Assembly (NCBI GenBank): GCA_964016885.1
Contig: OZ024745.1
Span: 104,470,001-104,534,000 of the forward strand
Source: Eledone cirrhosa
Lineage: Eukaryota
DNA length: 64,000 nt
Direction of reading: 5' to 3'
Shown piece after piece: positions 1 to 12,243 of this stretch (its first letter is position 1; each line of letters begins with the position of its first letter). Below the pieces are notes generated by a model. It worked only from the letters and a program-made list of their open reading frames with translations. It had not been told where the DNA came from and searched no databases. Position numbers and translations under genes: made by a program.

Positions 1-136
1 CATTACTGGTACTTTATTTTATCGACCCCGTAAGGATGAAAGGTAAAGTCAACCTCGGCGGGATTTGAACTCAGACCGTAAAGGGACGTAACTACGCCGG
101 AAAGCATGGCGTCCGACTCTCTACCGATACTGCCAA
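1..136 (-). mobile_element. SINE family A copy
   Basis: Reverse complement of the family A unit. Other copies near 10929, 12890, 14178, 29656, 55413 (+) and 61523-61700 (-). Confidence 0.85.
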
Positions 137-531
137 TAATACGTCATTAATAGGAGCGGTGAAAAACAATTACACGCAAAGACAGGACCACGTTTATGGT
201 ATAAAAGAAGTCGTAGACTAATGTTCTCTTAGGTGGTGCATAGAGACGTTCTCTGGCAATGAACGGAAAAAACGAAGATAATACGTCATATGTGGAGCGT
301 GGAGAAACAATTGCACACAAAGACAAAACCACGTAAATGGTATAGCTGAAGTCGTAGACTAAAATTCTAACTAGGAAACCGAATGATTCTCCACTTCAGA
401 GTTAAGAATAAAGTAAATACAATACAATACAGAGGTAATTGAAATGAAATAAATACATACACGCGTCCAAATACGTACATACACAAGCATACGCGAAAAC
501 ACTCGCCATAGGTATACAAAACCACGCACAT

Positions 532-1000
532 ATTGTTAGGAATACTTTGATTGTTAGGAATACTTTGATTGTTAGGAATACTTTGATGTTGTCAGCAGGA
601 ATAGTCTTGGTTCTCATTGGTCAGTGTGTGTGTGTCTGCGTGTATACAAATATATATATATATATAGTGACGAAACATAAGTCAATTGCATGAACTCATA
701 ATCCTTTATTTACTGCTATATATATTTCGATGATAGCCATTGAATTGCTAAGACCTCATCGGGCAGTTAGTCAGTTCTTAGATATGCCAGCTCTGTGTTT
801 ATAGTGTTGATGGTATCAGAGCCTTGGGACATATGAGCTTGTTAGGAATACTTTGATGTTGTCAGCAGGAATAGTCTTGATTCTCATTGGTCAGTTTGTA
901 GATGGTAGTAGGTTGGTATTTGACCTCAACGAGGCAGTTGGTTCTGTAAGGTTCAAACCGTCAGGCAAGATGACAATAGTTCCACATGACTGATTTTCAC
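532..1000 (-). mobile_element. Penelope-like 3' end with direct repeats flanking a degenerate hammerhead
   Basis: PDGLN motif (GIY-YIG C-terminus-like) near 955-968; ~57-bp direct repeat at 569-625 and 839-895; 18-bp tandem x3 at 532-587; HHR-like motif at 712-767. Confidence 0.5.
712..767 (-). ncRNA. Degenerate hammerhead (core CCGATGA)
   Basis: ACTGC-CCGATGA-G...TAGC/GCTA...C-GAAA-TATATA-TA-GCAGT. Confidence 0.6.
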
Positions 1001-1864
1001 AAAAGGCATTCTTGGTCAGATATATTTTCAAATAAGGTTAATAGTATGAAATAGATACTACAGGTCATTCTTAAATTGAGGAATTTATGTGGAGTGGTGC
1101 TACTGAAAATTATGGTTGGAGTAGAAAGTTTACAAATAAAAAGGCTTATGTAGGTTGGCTTGCACAACATTCACACCCATCTCCACAGACACACACACAC
1201 ACATCCACACATACAAAAAGTACGGTGGTAATACTTAATATAATGGTTAGAGTCCAATACTTAGATAGTTTAGAAAATTTTGAAATAAAAGGTTTATGCT
1301 GGTTCACTTGTACATACACTCACACCTAGCCCCTCAAACACTCACACATCTACACACACAAATCCATGCAGGTGTGTATATATATATATATGCATGCATG
1401 CATGCATGTACGCACAAGTATACACATATATATAAAATATATATATATACACAGAACATACATATACATAAAATATATACATACAAAATTATAAAAAATA
1501 TATATATACATAGAATACACACATACACACAAAATATATACACACGTAAAACATACATATATATATAAATACACACACACATATACACATATATATATAA
1601 AATATATACATACAGATACGCACACATATATAAAATACGCATACATACACATATAAAATACACATATATATACACATGATACATATATACATATATATAT
1701 AAAATCATTGTTTAGATGACTCCTAACCAGTAGAGGATCCGGTGGACCATCCACCATAGGGACCGCAAACTATGGGTGGTTGTTGTTGTCCATTGGTCAT
1801 TGGTACGGGGTGTAGGGGACCTACCCGGAGGGGGGGGGGGCTTGTGGGAGGCTGTAATCGGGGT

Positions 1865-2197
1865 TTATCCATATAGCTTGAGGAAAGTTCCCGTCCTTAG
1901 GTGTCTGCAGGCACCGAATAAGTCGGCCCTTCTGTTTAATAGCTTGGTTCCGCCATGAAGAATCTCGAGTGTCTCACTAAGACAGAGGTTGCAAATACCA
2001 GTCTCGCCTCTGTCTGGGGGAACCTTTCTAACCACGGACCAGACCAGAGAGTGCGGGGTCTTTTCAAGTTTGAGCTTCCAGATCAATTCAGAAAGGGCCG
2101 TACATTTCCTCTTATCTATTCTGTTAAAGGAATGGCGATGGTTATACTACCGAGCTTTGAAGCTCGTCGCTGTGGATCCTATGTAGTGGTGCTCCGC
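1865..2197 (-). mobile_element. Penelope-like element GIY-YIG endonuclease remnant
   Basis: HYIGSTATSFKAR*YNHRHSF...TALSELIWKLK...WSVV...CNLCLSETLEIL...LLNRRADLFGACRH; one in-frame stop; flanked by TA-rich microsatellites. Confidence 0.85.
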
Positions 2198-2201
2198 GTC
2201 A

Positions 2202-2237
<36 letters not shown>

Positions 2238-3667
2238 GTGCGCATCACATTATGGTCTGTTGCTTGTGAAGTAGATAAAAAGAAGCGCTCAACAACCTGT
2301 ATAAATAGTATTATAAATAGCATTATATATTAATAGCATTATATATTAATACAAATAGCATTATATATTAATACAAGATCGGAAGACCTATTCAGTTGAA
2401 TGACGTTTATTTAAAACTGAATCAACAGAATTTGGCCTCCGATCTTCTATTAATATATATATATAATTGTTTCAAATTTTGGCACAAGGCCACCAATTAC
2501 CCAGTACATTATAGTCTAATAATTAAAGAGACATTGAGAAAGAATGAGTACATTAGCAGTACATATGCAAGCGTGTAGGAAGTGCACATGCGTTAGTCAT
2601 ATATATGAGAAGGAAATAAGCAAAGGTATTATGCATATATAGATAAATAAATAAATAAATACTGTATGGTAAGCAAATATGTTAATGTATTAAAATTTAT
2701 GGCGGATGTTGAGAAAATCAAAGTTATTGTAGTCCTTTCCATTACATATGTTAAATTATATTTTAGTTAATGTTTATATTGAATGTTTTAAGTTAGTTAC
2801 AGCAATGGATTGTAAATTGGTCTTATTGTATTCTTATTCATGGATTCATGGATTAGAGTTGTTCAACAGTTTAATTTCCAACGGTTTAATTTCCGGAAGT
2901 GAGTATGAGATCCAAGATTAAGGGGAGCTAATGCGTAACGGGGGTAACTAGCTAGTTAAATTCAATTATTTAAATTCTTTGCTCTAATACACATTATAAT
3001 GTGATACAAGTGAATCTCTATTACATAATGTTATATATTTATACTTAATTTTAAATACAGTGTATTTTCCTATAATACATTAAAGGTCTCATTAGATTGT
3101 TATCTATCCATTACTGGACAAGATATATGTTATGGAAAATTGTATAGCTGTTTATATGTCTAAATAGTTAGATCATTTGTGTAATAATATACATTATTGT
3201 GTTAAAAGTTAATCCCTTATATATAATGGTATTAATTTATATATTTAATTATAAATGTATATATACTTTATTATTATTATATTGTGTTAAAAGTAAATCC
3301 CTTATATACAATGCTATTAATTTAAATATTTAATTATAAATGTATATATAATTTATTATTACCTATTACATTAAATGTCTCTACATATTATATATCCATT
3401 ACTGTATATAATATAATTAAGCTATAGTAGTTATATTAAAAGGTGGTAACTTTATGTTTAATTCTAATAGTTATTGTAGAGTATTTATTTACCTTCCATT
3501 AATTATATATTCAATTATTTACCCACCCCCATGAAACTCATTCACTGACTAACATTAGATATAGCTCTCTTGTTTTATATTAACTGTACTGGGACATACA
3601 TACTACATAATATAAAAATCTATATATTCTCATATTTTATCTTAGAGTATAAAATTATATTATATTC

Positions 3668-4046
3668 CATGTAGGTATCACGACACAAAGCGCACAGCCC
3701 ACACTGTAAAGTGGTCATGTAGGTATCACGACACAAAGCGCACAGCCCACACTGTAAAGTAGTCATGTAGGTATCACGGCACAAAGCGCACAGCCCACAC
3801 TGTAAAGTGGTCATGTAGGTATCACGGCACAAAGCGCACAGCCCACACTGTAAAGTGGTCATGTAGGTATCACGACACAAAGCGCACAGCCCACACTGAA
3901 AAGTGGTCATGTAGGTATCACGACACAAAGCGCACAGCCCACACTGAAAAGTGGTCATGTAGGTATCATGACACAAAGCGCACAGCCCACACTGTAAAGG
4001 GATCATGTAGGTATCACGACACAAAGCGCGCAGCATACACTGTAAA
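3668..4046 (+). repeat. 48-bp minisatellite, ~8 units, running into an RTE-type tail (to 4216)
   Basis: Unit CATGTAGGTATCACGACACAAAGCGCACAGCCCACACTGTAAAGTGGT at 3668, 3716, ... 4004. Confidence 0.95.
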
Positions 4047-4825
4047 TGAGGTTGGTGTTAGGAAAGGCATCCAAGAAACCAAGCCAAAATCAGTTCTGTG
4101 TGCAAGACAAGGTCACCTAACTACCACTGCCTACAACAGGAAAACCCGTCTAACCCATGCTAGTGTGGAAAAATTGACGTAAAACGGTGATGATGATGAT
4201 GATGATGATGATGATTTCATATGAATCTAATATTGAGTGACTCAAAAGACCCAACACTAGGTAGGGATTTAATATAATTTTATACTATTTTAATTTAATT
4301 TAATTTAAACTTTATTTTATTACATTTTATCTTTTATTTCTTCAATTTTACTTTCAAATATATATTTGTACCCATCCATCACAATTCTGACATCAGGATC
4401 ATTAGCATTACTGCTATTAATAATTATCTGGTATGCGTTACATCACTGACTGACCATCTGAGGACTTTCCGAGTTAAACGCAAGACACTGGAATTTGTCT
4501 CCATTCCGTGAGTGCCTGGAAATAAAGAAAAATCCCCATCTTCAATATCTGAATATACATGGTATTGGTTTATAATTCTCCGGACCTTGCAGAGATGAGG
4601 GGAGTCATCACGTCAATCGTTATGGAATGCCAAACCATACTACTTTTTTTACAATATAAACACACACATATAAGTGAGAACTAGATCTATTATTTTAATG
4701 AAAGACTGGCAATAAATGATATATATTTATATTTTATCCATATTTACCCCTAATTTACACTTTTAAAAAATTTATACTTTTTGAATCTATACCTTTTTCC
4801 TAATGTAGATTACACACACACACAA

Positions 4826-4933
<108 letters not shown>

Positions 4934-5765
4934 ATACATATAGCAAGAAACCTTCAGTGTAAAGAAATTAATATACTTTTTATAAGCACACGCATTTCAT
5001 TATGATTAATACCATGGTTGATATATATATTATCTTGTAAAATAATATTTCCCGAAACACAACCAGGTTTGTTAGAATCTAATTCTATTGAAATGCCAAT
5101 AAAAGTTACTGAAATTTTCTCCTTTAGGTAAATTATTTGTGATTTTACTCTAAAATATGATTACTTAGGTACTATGTCAATTTAAACCATTCATAGTCTA
5201 TACTTATTAATACTTATTTAATCGATTTTGTAAGGGTGGAAGCCGATATACACTTGAAGTTGAGTCTGGCGGCGAAGTACCTGTAATGAGTTTATCATGA
5301 ACCAAACGGTTTATTCCGCGCGTAGCTTACATCATAATTAACTGTCAGATCCAATAAGAAATTCCAGTGAAGATAACTCTTCCTTCTAGATAAATCAAAG
5401 TTATTTCCCTTGTAATTTTTCCTCTGAATGTTTATGCAGTTGCGAGGAAGTACTAACCAACGAAGGCTCTATGCCAGTGATTCCCAACGTGGGTTGCACA
5501 CTCCATAGGGGAGCAATTTGAATATAATAGGAGGCAATTTGAAAGTGATATAATACGACCAAACTTCCAGTTACACTTCGTGTTAGTGCTGTCAATGACT
5601 TACTACTGAAAAAAAAGAAATCGACTGGATATCACAAAACGAGGAGATTTAAGGTTAAAACTAACTAAATAAGTGCCTCGAATAAAAACACTTTGTAACA
5701 TACGTCGAGCTGAAGGATCTCACAAAATGACTAACTTGCATTATTTTATCTTCAGCTCAGTGGAG

Positions 5766-7262
5766 GGCGGTGGATTGGCAGTATCGGTAGAGGGTCGGAC
5801 GCCATGCTTTCTAGCATAGTTACGTCCCTTTACAGTCTGAGTTCAAATCCCGCCGAGGTTAACTTTGCCTTTCATCCTTACGGGGTCGATAAAATAAAGT
5901 ACCAGTAATGTACTGGATATTTGCTGGCCTTGTGCCAAAAGTAGAAACAATTATTTTATCTTCGGCTCAGTGAGTTAAGTTGAACTTAAATTGGAAGAAA
6001 AAATTGTTTGCCTAATTTTTAGCTTTGTTTAATTAAAGGATTTCTACTTTATATTTCACTTTTACAAAACTCACTCTGTTTTTATATCTAAAGGAGACAT
6101 AAACATTTTTTTAGATGTTGAGGTGGGACATGGAGCAAAAAATATTGGGACAACTGCACTATGCGGTCATTCAACTTTCTAGAAATAATATACTCCTAGA
6201 TTTGACTGTATGTACAATTATGTTTGTATGTGTCTAACGTAAATTAGAAACATTATTATTAGTAGTGGTGGGCGGTGGATTGGCAGTATCAGTAGAGGGT
6301 CGGATGCCATGCTTTGAAGCATAGAGTTACCTCCCCTTTATGATCTGAGTTCAAATCCCACCGAGGTTAACTTTGCCTTTCATCCTTACGGGGTCGATAA
6401 AATAAAGTACCAGTCACACACTGGGGTCGATTTAATCGACTTTCCTCTCCCCCAAAAGTGCTGGCCTTGTGCCTATATAAGAAACCATTATTATTAGAGC
6501 ATAGTTACGTCCCTCTACGGTCTGAGTTCAAATTCCGTCGAGGTTAACTTTGCCTTTCATCCTTACGGGGTCGATAAAATAAAGTACCAGTAATATACTG
6601 AGTTATTGCTGGCCTTGTGCCTAAAGTAGAAACAATTATTATTAGTAGTGGCGGTGGATTGGCAGTATCGGTAGAGGGTCGGACACCATGTTTTATAGCA
6701 CAGAGTTACGCCCCTTTACGGTCTGAGTTCAAATCCCGCCGAGGTTAACTTTGCCTTTCATCCTTACGGGGTCGATAAAATAAAGTACCAGTAATGCACT
6801 CAGGTAATTGCTGGCCTTGTGCCAAAAGTAGAAACAATTATTATTAGTAGTATCGGTAGAGCGTCGGACAACATGGATTGTGATATATAGTTACGGCTCT
6901 TTACGTTCTGAGTTCAAATCATGCCGAGGTTAGCTTTGTCTTTCATTCTTACGGGGTCGATAAAATAAAGTTCCAGTAATGCACTGGGGTCAATTTAATC
7001 GACTTTCCCCTACCCCAAAATTGTTGGCCTTGTGCCTAAATCAGAAACCATTATTATTAAAGATTCCTAGGGTGGTGGATTGGCAGTATCGGTAGAGGGT
7101 CGGACGCCATGCTTTCCAGCATAGTTACCCTCTTTTACGATCTGAGTTCGAATCCCGCCGAGGTTGACTTTGCCTTTCATCCTTACGGGGTCGATAAAAT
7201 AAAGTACCAGTAATGCACTGGGTAATTACTGGCCTTGTGCCTAAAGTAGAAACAAATATTAT
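5766..7262 (+). mobile_element. Cluster/tandem array of six tRNA-derived SINE copies (family A)
   Basis: Unit GGCGGTGGATTGGCAGTATCGGTAGAG (A box)...GAGTTCAAATCCC (B box)...GCCTTTCATCCTTACGGGGTCGATAAAATAAAGTACCAG...GAAACAATTATT, starting near 5766, 6271, 6498, 6650, 6849, 7071. Confidence 0.9.
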
Positions 7263-7737
7263 TAAAGATTCCTTTCGGTCATCATTGATCATATATTTGT
7301 ACCTCGACAATCGCTCTCCCTGCTGCAGGTTGCCCATGCATGCAAGTCTCCCATCTCAATGTTACTGACGTTGCCTAAGAGAAAAGCAAGGGCCGATACA
7401 GCTTGTTGCCAGTGATGTCACATGTATGCTTAGAACACAAAAGCCTGATAGAGATACTGAAAGCTATCATATCCCACGTTCCAACAATTACACCAATCCA
7501 TCGTCCTGGACTGGTACTTTATTTATCGATCTGGAAAGGCTGAAAGCCAAAGTTGACATCGGCGAGATTTGAACTCAAAACACAAGGTACCTGAACACAT
7601 ACCGCAAAGCACTTTAATCCGAATGAAACAGTTCTAGTCCCGTTTTTCTATTATAAAATAATAAAGATCTCTATACTCTATTAACGAACTGAGTACCTTT
7701 TTTAACTGAGGTCCACTCCCTATATACAGCGGGAATC

Positions 7738-8253
<516 letters not shown>

Positions 8254-8461
8254 CAAAAGTTCTATTTAAATTGTTGAGATACAACAAGTAAATATTTTTA
8301 TAACTGATATAAAGCACTCGACAAGTATTTGGAGTAGATATACGATATTAAATGCGACCGTTACTTTTGGAAGACATCAGGATATCCTGATGTCTTCCAA
8401 AAGTAACGGTCGCATTTTGAAAGAGTACGTCAATGTTTATTTATAAAACTGGTATATATTG

Positions 8462-8526
8462 TATTTTGTCTGATGAAGGCATACCATAATTTAACTTGGT
8501 ATCCTTGAAATATGTATAATGAAATA
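8462..8526 (+). ncRNA. Minimal type I hammerhead, same family as 60194
   Basis: TATTTTGT-CTGATGA-AGGCATACC...GGTATCCTT-GAAA-TATGTA-TA-ATGAAATA; downstream flank homologous to 60255-60295. Confidence 0.75.
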
Positions 8527-8565
8527 AATATGGTTTTATAAATATAGTTTCCATTTGTTAATATC

Positions 8566-8612
<47 letters not shown>

Positions 8613-8737
8613 AAATTTGTTTTATAAATAGTGACATACCCAGGAATCGGAACTTAACGGTTCACGTTCCGTAAGGATAGTGAGAGGAAAGAGGAAAAAT
8701 ATATTTGTTGAATTGCCAACAAATTAAATATCTCTTT

Positions 8738-8828
<91 letters not shown>

Positions 8829-9009
8829 ATACAATAACAGAGATAGCTTAAAGCTAAACTCTGACTGGTAACCATCTCACTCAACAAACATTAGGTTATA
8901 TGTTAATATAAACCCAATTTAAGTGTTTGGGGTGCTAACTATATGTATTGTGTGGAAAGCCAGTTGTATTATTTTATGAGATATAATTAAAGTTAAAATA
9001 TATCTCTCT

Positions 9010-9134
9010 TTCCAAACAATTGTTTCATTATAAGTTTTCTACAAATTAGGAGATTGTTTCCAGTTTATGTAGAAGCCTAACATATATTCGTGTAAGAATA
9101 TATTTAGGTGGGTGCTTATAAATCATCAGTGGAA
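9010..9134 (-). ncRNA. Hammerhead with large branched stem II
   Basis: TTCCA-CTGATGA-T-TTATAAG[two hairpins]CTTATAA-T-GAAA-CAATTG-TT-TGGAA; palindromic stem III ACAATTGT. Confidence 0.72.
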
Positions 9135-9241
9135 GCCCATTAAACTTTGATATAAGAAAAAATTCTTACCGCAGTAAAAAATCGTGTCTGTTAAGCTGCT
9201 CCCTCACGCATCGAATGACCGCCAAATTTGAAATTCCAGCA

Positions 9242-9352
9242 GTTTTTGACTGAGGAAGTATTATAGCGTCACGAAGCGGGAAGGGGAGACAACTAATACA
9301 CGAGAAAAGAAAAAAATAATATTCACGCGGGTTAATTAGTTTTTTCAAAAAC
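9242..9352 (+). ncRNA. Extended hammerhead-like fold
   Basis: GTTTTTGA/TCAAAAAC 8-bp stem I; CTGAGGA at 9250; GTATTA/TAATAC stem II; A/T-rich stem III; 9-nt extra linker before GAAA. Confidence 0.35.
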
Positions 9353-9520
9353 ATTATCAATCCAACGTGTTAAGAACTCAATTGAAGTTAAAAAAATAAA
9401 TGCATGCGTGTATTAATTACACACGCATATAGATATTTTCTTAGGCTAAAAACAGAAGTCATATATATATATATATATATATAGAAAGATTTGAATGGAT
9501 ACAGTTTAGTTGAAAGGAAT

Positions 9521-9640
9521 TTATTGACACGTGTTTCTATAACAGTTACATAACCTAAAACAGCTGCTATCTACAAACTTTTAGTTATGCAGACATTCAA
9601 TATTTCAATGTTATTATTTACTGTCATTTCATCAGAATAA
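9521..9640 (-). ncRNA. Hammerhead with large branched stem II
   Basis: TTATT-CTGATGA-A-ATGACAGT[two hairpins]ACTGTTAT-A-GAAA-CACGTG-TC-AATAA; palindromic stem III ACACGTGT; GUC site. Confidence 0.75.
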
Positions 9641-9647
9641 TATTACT

Positions 9648-9691
<44 letters not shown>

Positions 9692-9760
9692 AAAAAGAGA
9701 TGAAATCGAAAATGCAACTGGAGTCTTATTTTTTTTTTTAAATATATATATTTATTTGGT

Positions 9761-9800
9761 TCCTTTACCGGTTTCGCAGTTCTTCTGCTTTTCAAAAGTA
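9761..9800 (-). ncRNA. Hammerhead-like variant (core TTGAAAA)
   Basis: CTT-TTGAAAA-GCAG-AAGAA-CTGC-GAAA-CCGG-TA-AAG. Confidence 0.5.
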
Positions 9801-9965
9801 GAGTTGAGATGGGAAGGTCTGTGGTTTTTCTCACATCTGTGGTTTTTCTCACATTTAAAAAAAAAAATAAGACTCCAGTTGCATTTTCGATTTCATCTCT
9901 TTTTCTTTATACTTTCACTCGTGTAGGACACCTCGGTTATTTTTCAATTTGTAAAAAAAAAACCT

Positions 9966-10077
<112 letters not shown>

Positions 10078-10213
10078 GTAATTCCGTCGGAAAAAGTCCA
10101 TGAAAAAAGAGTGCTCTATGTAGGTAAGAGAGCTTAATAGTTATGTAATAAACAACATAATGCAATTATTCAATTTTTAAAAAATCCAAGTTCAATAAAC
10201 AGACCAGGATTTT

Positions 10214-10271
10214 TTCATTCTGAGGATTGAAAGCAAAATTTTTTGCTTTTAAGAAACCACTGGTAAATGGA
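10214..10271 (+). ncRNA. Type I hammerhead ribozyme, intact core
   Basis: Stem I TTCATT/AATGGA; CTGAGGA (10220-10226); stem II TTGAAAGCAAA/TTTGCTTTTAA; GAAA (10253-10256); stem III ACC-ACT-GGT; GUA site after 10265. Confidence 0.85.
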
Positions 10272-10301
10272 ATAATTGCATTATGTTGTTTATTACATAA
10301 C

Positions 10302-10416
<115 letters not shown>

Positions 10417-10747
10417 ATTAATTACTCTTTCCTCGAGTGCTTTGTGACAATCTTCGATGATTCGAGTGCTCATCTGCTACTTTCAGCTGTAACTTTGATT
10501 TTACTCATTAATATTATTATTTTTCTCATAGCCTTTATAATTAATTAATTAATTAATTAATTATTTAATTATTTGTTTGATAACCTAGTTGAGAGCTTAC
10601 CTTGGGACTGTGAATAAATCCTTTGTTCAGACTTTTGAATGTACCCGCCAAAGGTTGGTAAACTGATTTTCCTCTTTTTGAGAAATGCCACTTAACCTCA
10701 CTGACAAATTTACGACTACAGTCGAATGGCAGAGTTACCTCAGACCC

Positions 10748-10912
10748 GAAGAACGAAAAACCTGTTGATGAAGGGATATCCCCATTCCAGCTTAGGATGC
10801 ATTACTAACTTGCATATACATTATGCAACTTGGAATGTACCTTCCGCATTGCAGAAACTTATCGAAGATATTTATCAATTAATATCTATAGATTAGGTCC
10901 AGGTTCGTCTTT
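10748..10912 (+). ncRNA. Extended hammerhead-like fold (core TTGATGA)
   Basis: AACCTG/CAGGTT stem I with extension; GAAAC at 10854; GTC site 10897-10899; long stems II and III. Confidence 0.45.
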
Positions 10913-12108
10913 AACCTGTTTGTTTTCGTTCTGAGTTCAAATCCTGCCGAGGTTAGCTTTGCCTTTCATCCTTACGGGGGTTGATAAAATATAGTACCAG
11001 TAACGCAATGGAGTCAATTTAATCGACTTCCCCTCTCCTGATATATATTGTGTAACATTTTTAAGGGAAGCCTGTTATACATATACAAATACATAATTGT
11101 GTTTTACAATCAAATCCACAGGGTTTCATTTTAAAGGATCATGGGACTACATTATCTAACAAGCCAAGCGATTAAGTAGAGCATTCATTGTGGGTTCGCA
11201 GTCCTTAAAAGACCGTAACACTTATTGTCAGATATTTTAAGGGAAATAACTTTTATTTATCGTAATAAAAGAATTATCTCCTATGAAATTTCTCGTTAGA
11301 TTCGACACCTAGTTCAGTATGTTAAACACATCACCGGCAATTCGCCGATAAATTTTCACTGACCACATTAACTACACCAAATTCAAAAACGGACAATCTC
11401 AAGATGTGATATCCTTTGAGCTTGATGTTTATTATAAATATTTTCGATGTCAGTATTTAAATTAGATACAGTCGTAAATTTCGTCATTTTGTGATATCTC
11501 ATTGCATTTTCTTTCATTTTTCTTTTGTAAGTCACAGCTATAAAATAGCATTTCACTATATGGAAAAGGTAAATACTAGTTTTCTTACCAAACGAGTTAA
11601 AATTATGTATTTAGTTTTGGTCCCATCACAGAGCCACATAGTTTAAAAAATATATATAGTTTTAACAGGCACATCATTTTTCCCCTGTCAAATCTTCTTG
11701 GTACTTGATGCACATCTCAGGTAGATCCACAAGCAACGGCTGAGTTGGCGAGGATAGAAATCCCATAAATTTTAAATTAGAAAATCTGTAATTTTAATCC
11801 CTGGCATAGGTTTTCAAATGCCAAATAAAACATTAGGATTTCAATGCCAAATAAAACATTATCACTTACCTCATGCCTAATTAACCAATATAAGTGGGTA
11901 TATACTCTTGTAGAAATATTCTTTTGACATACTTTCATAAATGTATTGAAACATTGTCTTTGAATCAATGAAAGGATGATATTAGTTTTTATATTACTAC
12001 TTAGAGTTTTGTGAATGTGTCACTGCCCATGTAACTAATTACTGAAGTATGAGGCACAACAATATTCTCAAACTAAGCATTATAAATACTTCTGGAATCA
12101 CTTGCATG

Positions 12109-12243
12109 TAGTGCCGGATTTAGCATTGTGCTTAGGTGTGCTTAGGTTGGCCAAGGGGATCCATCTTCCAGCAAAAAAAGTTTTTTGGCGATGAATTCAA
12201 GGCCCAATAGCACAGGGCCACATTTGTCCGAAATCCAGCACTG
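12109..12243. mobile_element. hAT-like MITE
   Basis: TIR AGTGCCGGATTT / AAATCCAGCACT; 8-bp flanking near-duplication CTTGCATG / TTTGCATG. Confidence 0.6.

Noticed and set aside
668-690. GACGAAACATAAGTC, resembling a hammerhead 3' half on the plus strand
   Set aside because: No CTGANGA or stem partners upstream; could be chance.
3620-4046. CRISPR-like array or Cys-rich 16-aa repeat protein (ORF 3620-4036)
   Set aside because: Units are contiguous with no unique spacers, there are no cas genes and the context is eukaryotic. The ORF is a by-product of a stop-free 48-bp unit.
4453-4564. ACCAT-CTGAGGA...GAAA...ATGGT hammerhead-like arrangement
   Set aside because: Stem II is not closed next to the core and the NUH site is out of register; too weak to call.
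5766-5860. tRNA genes
   Set aside because: A/B boxes belong to SINE heads; no complete cloverleaf, and each continues into SINE body sequence.
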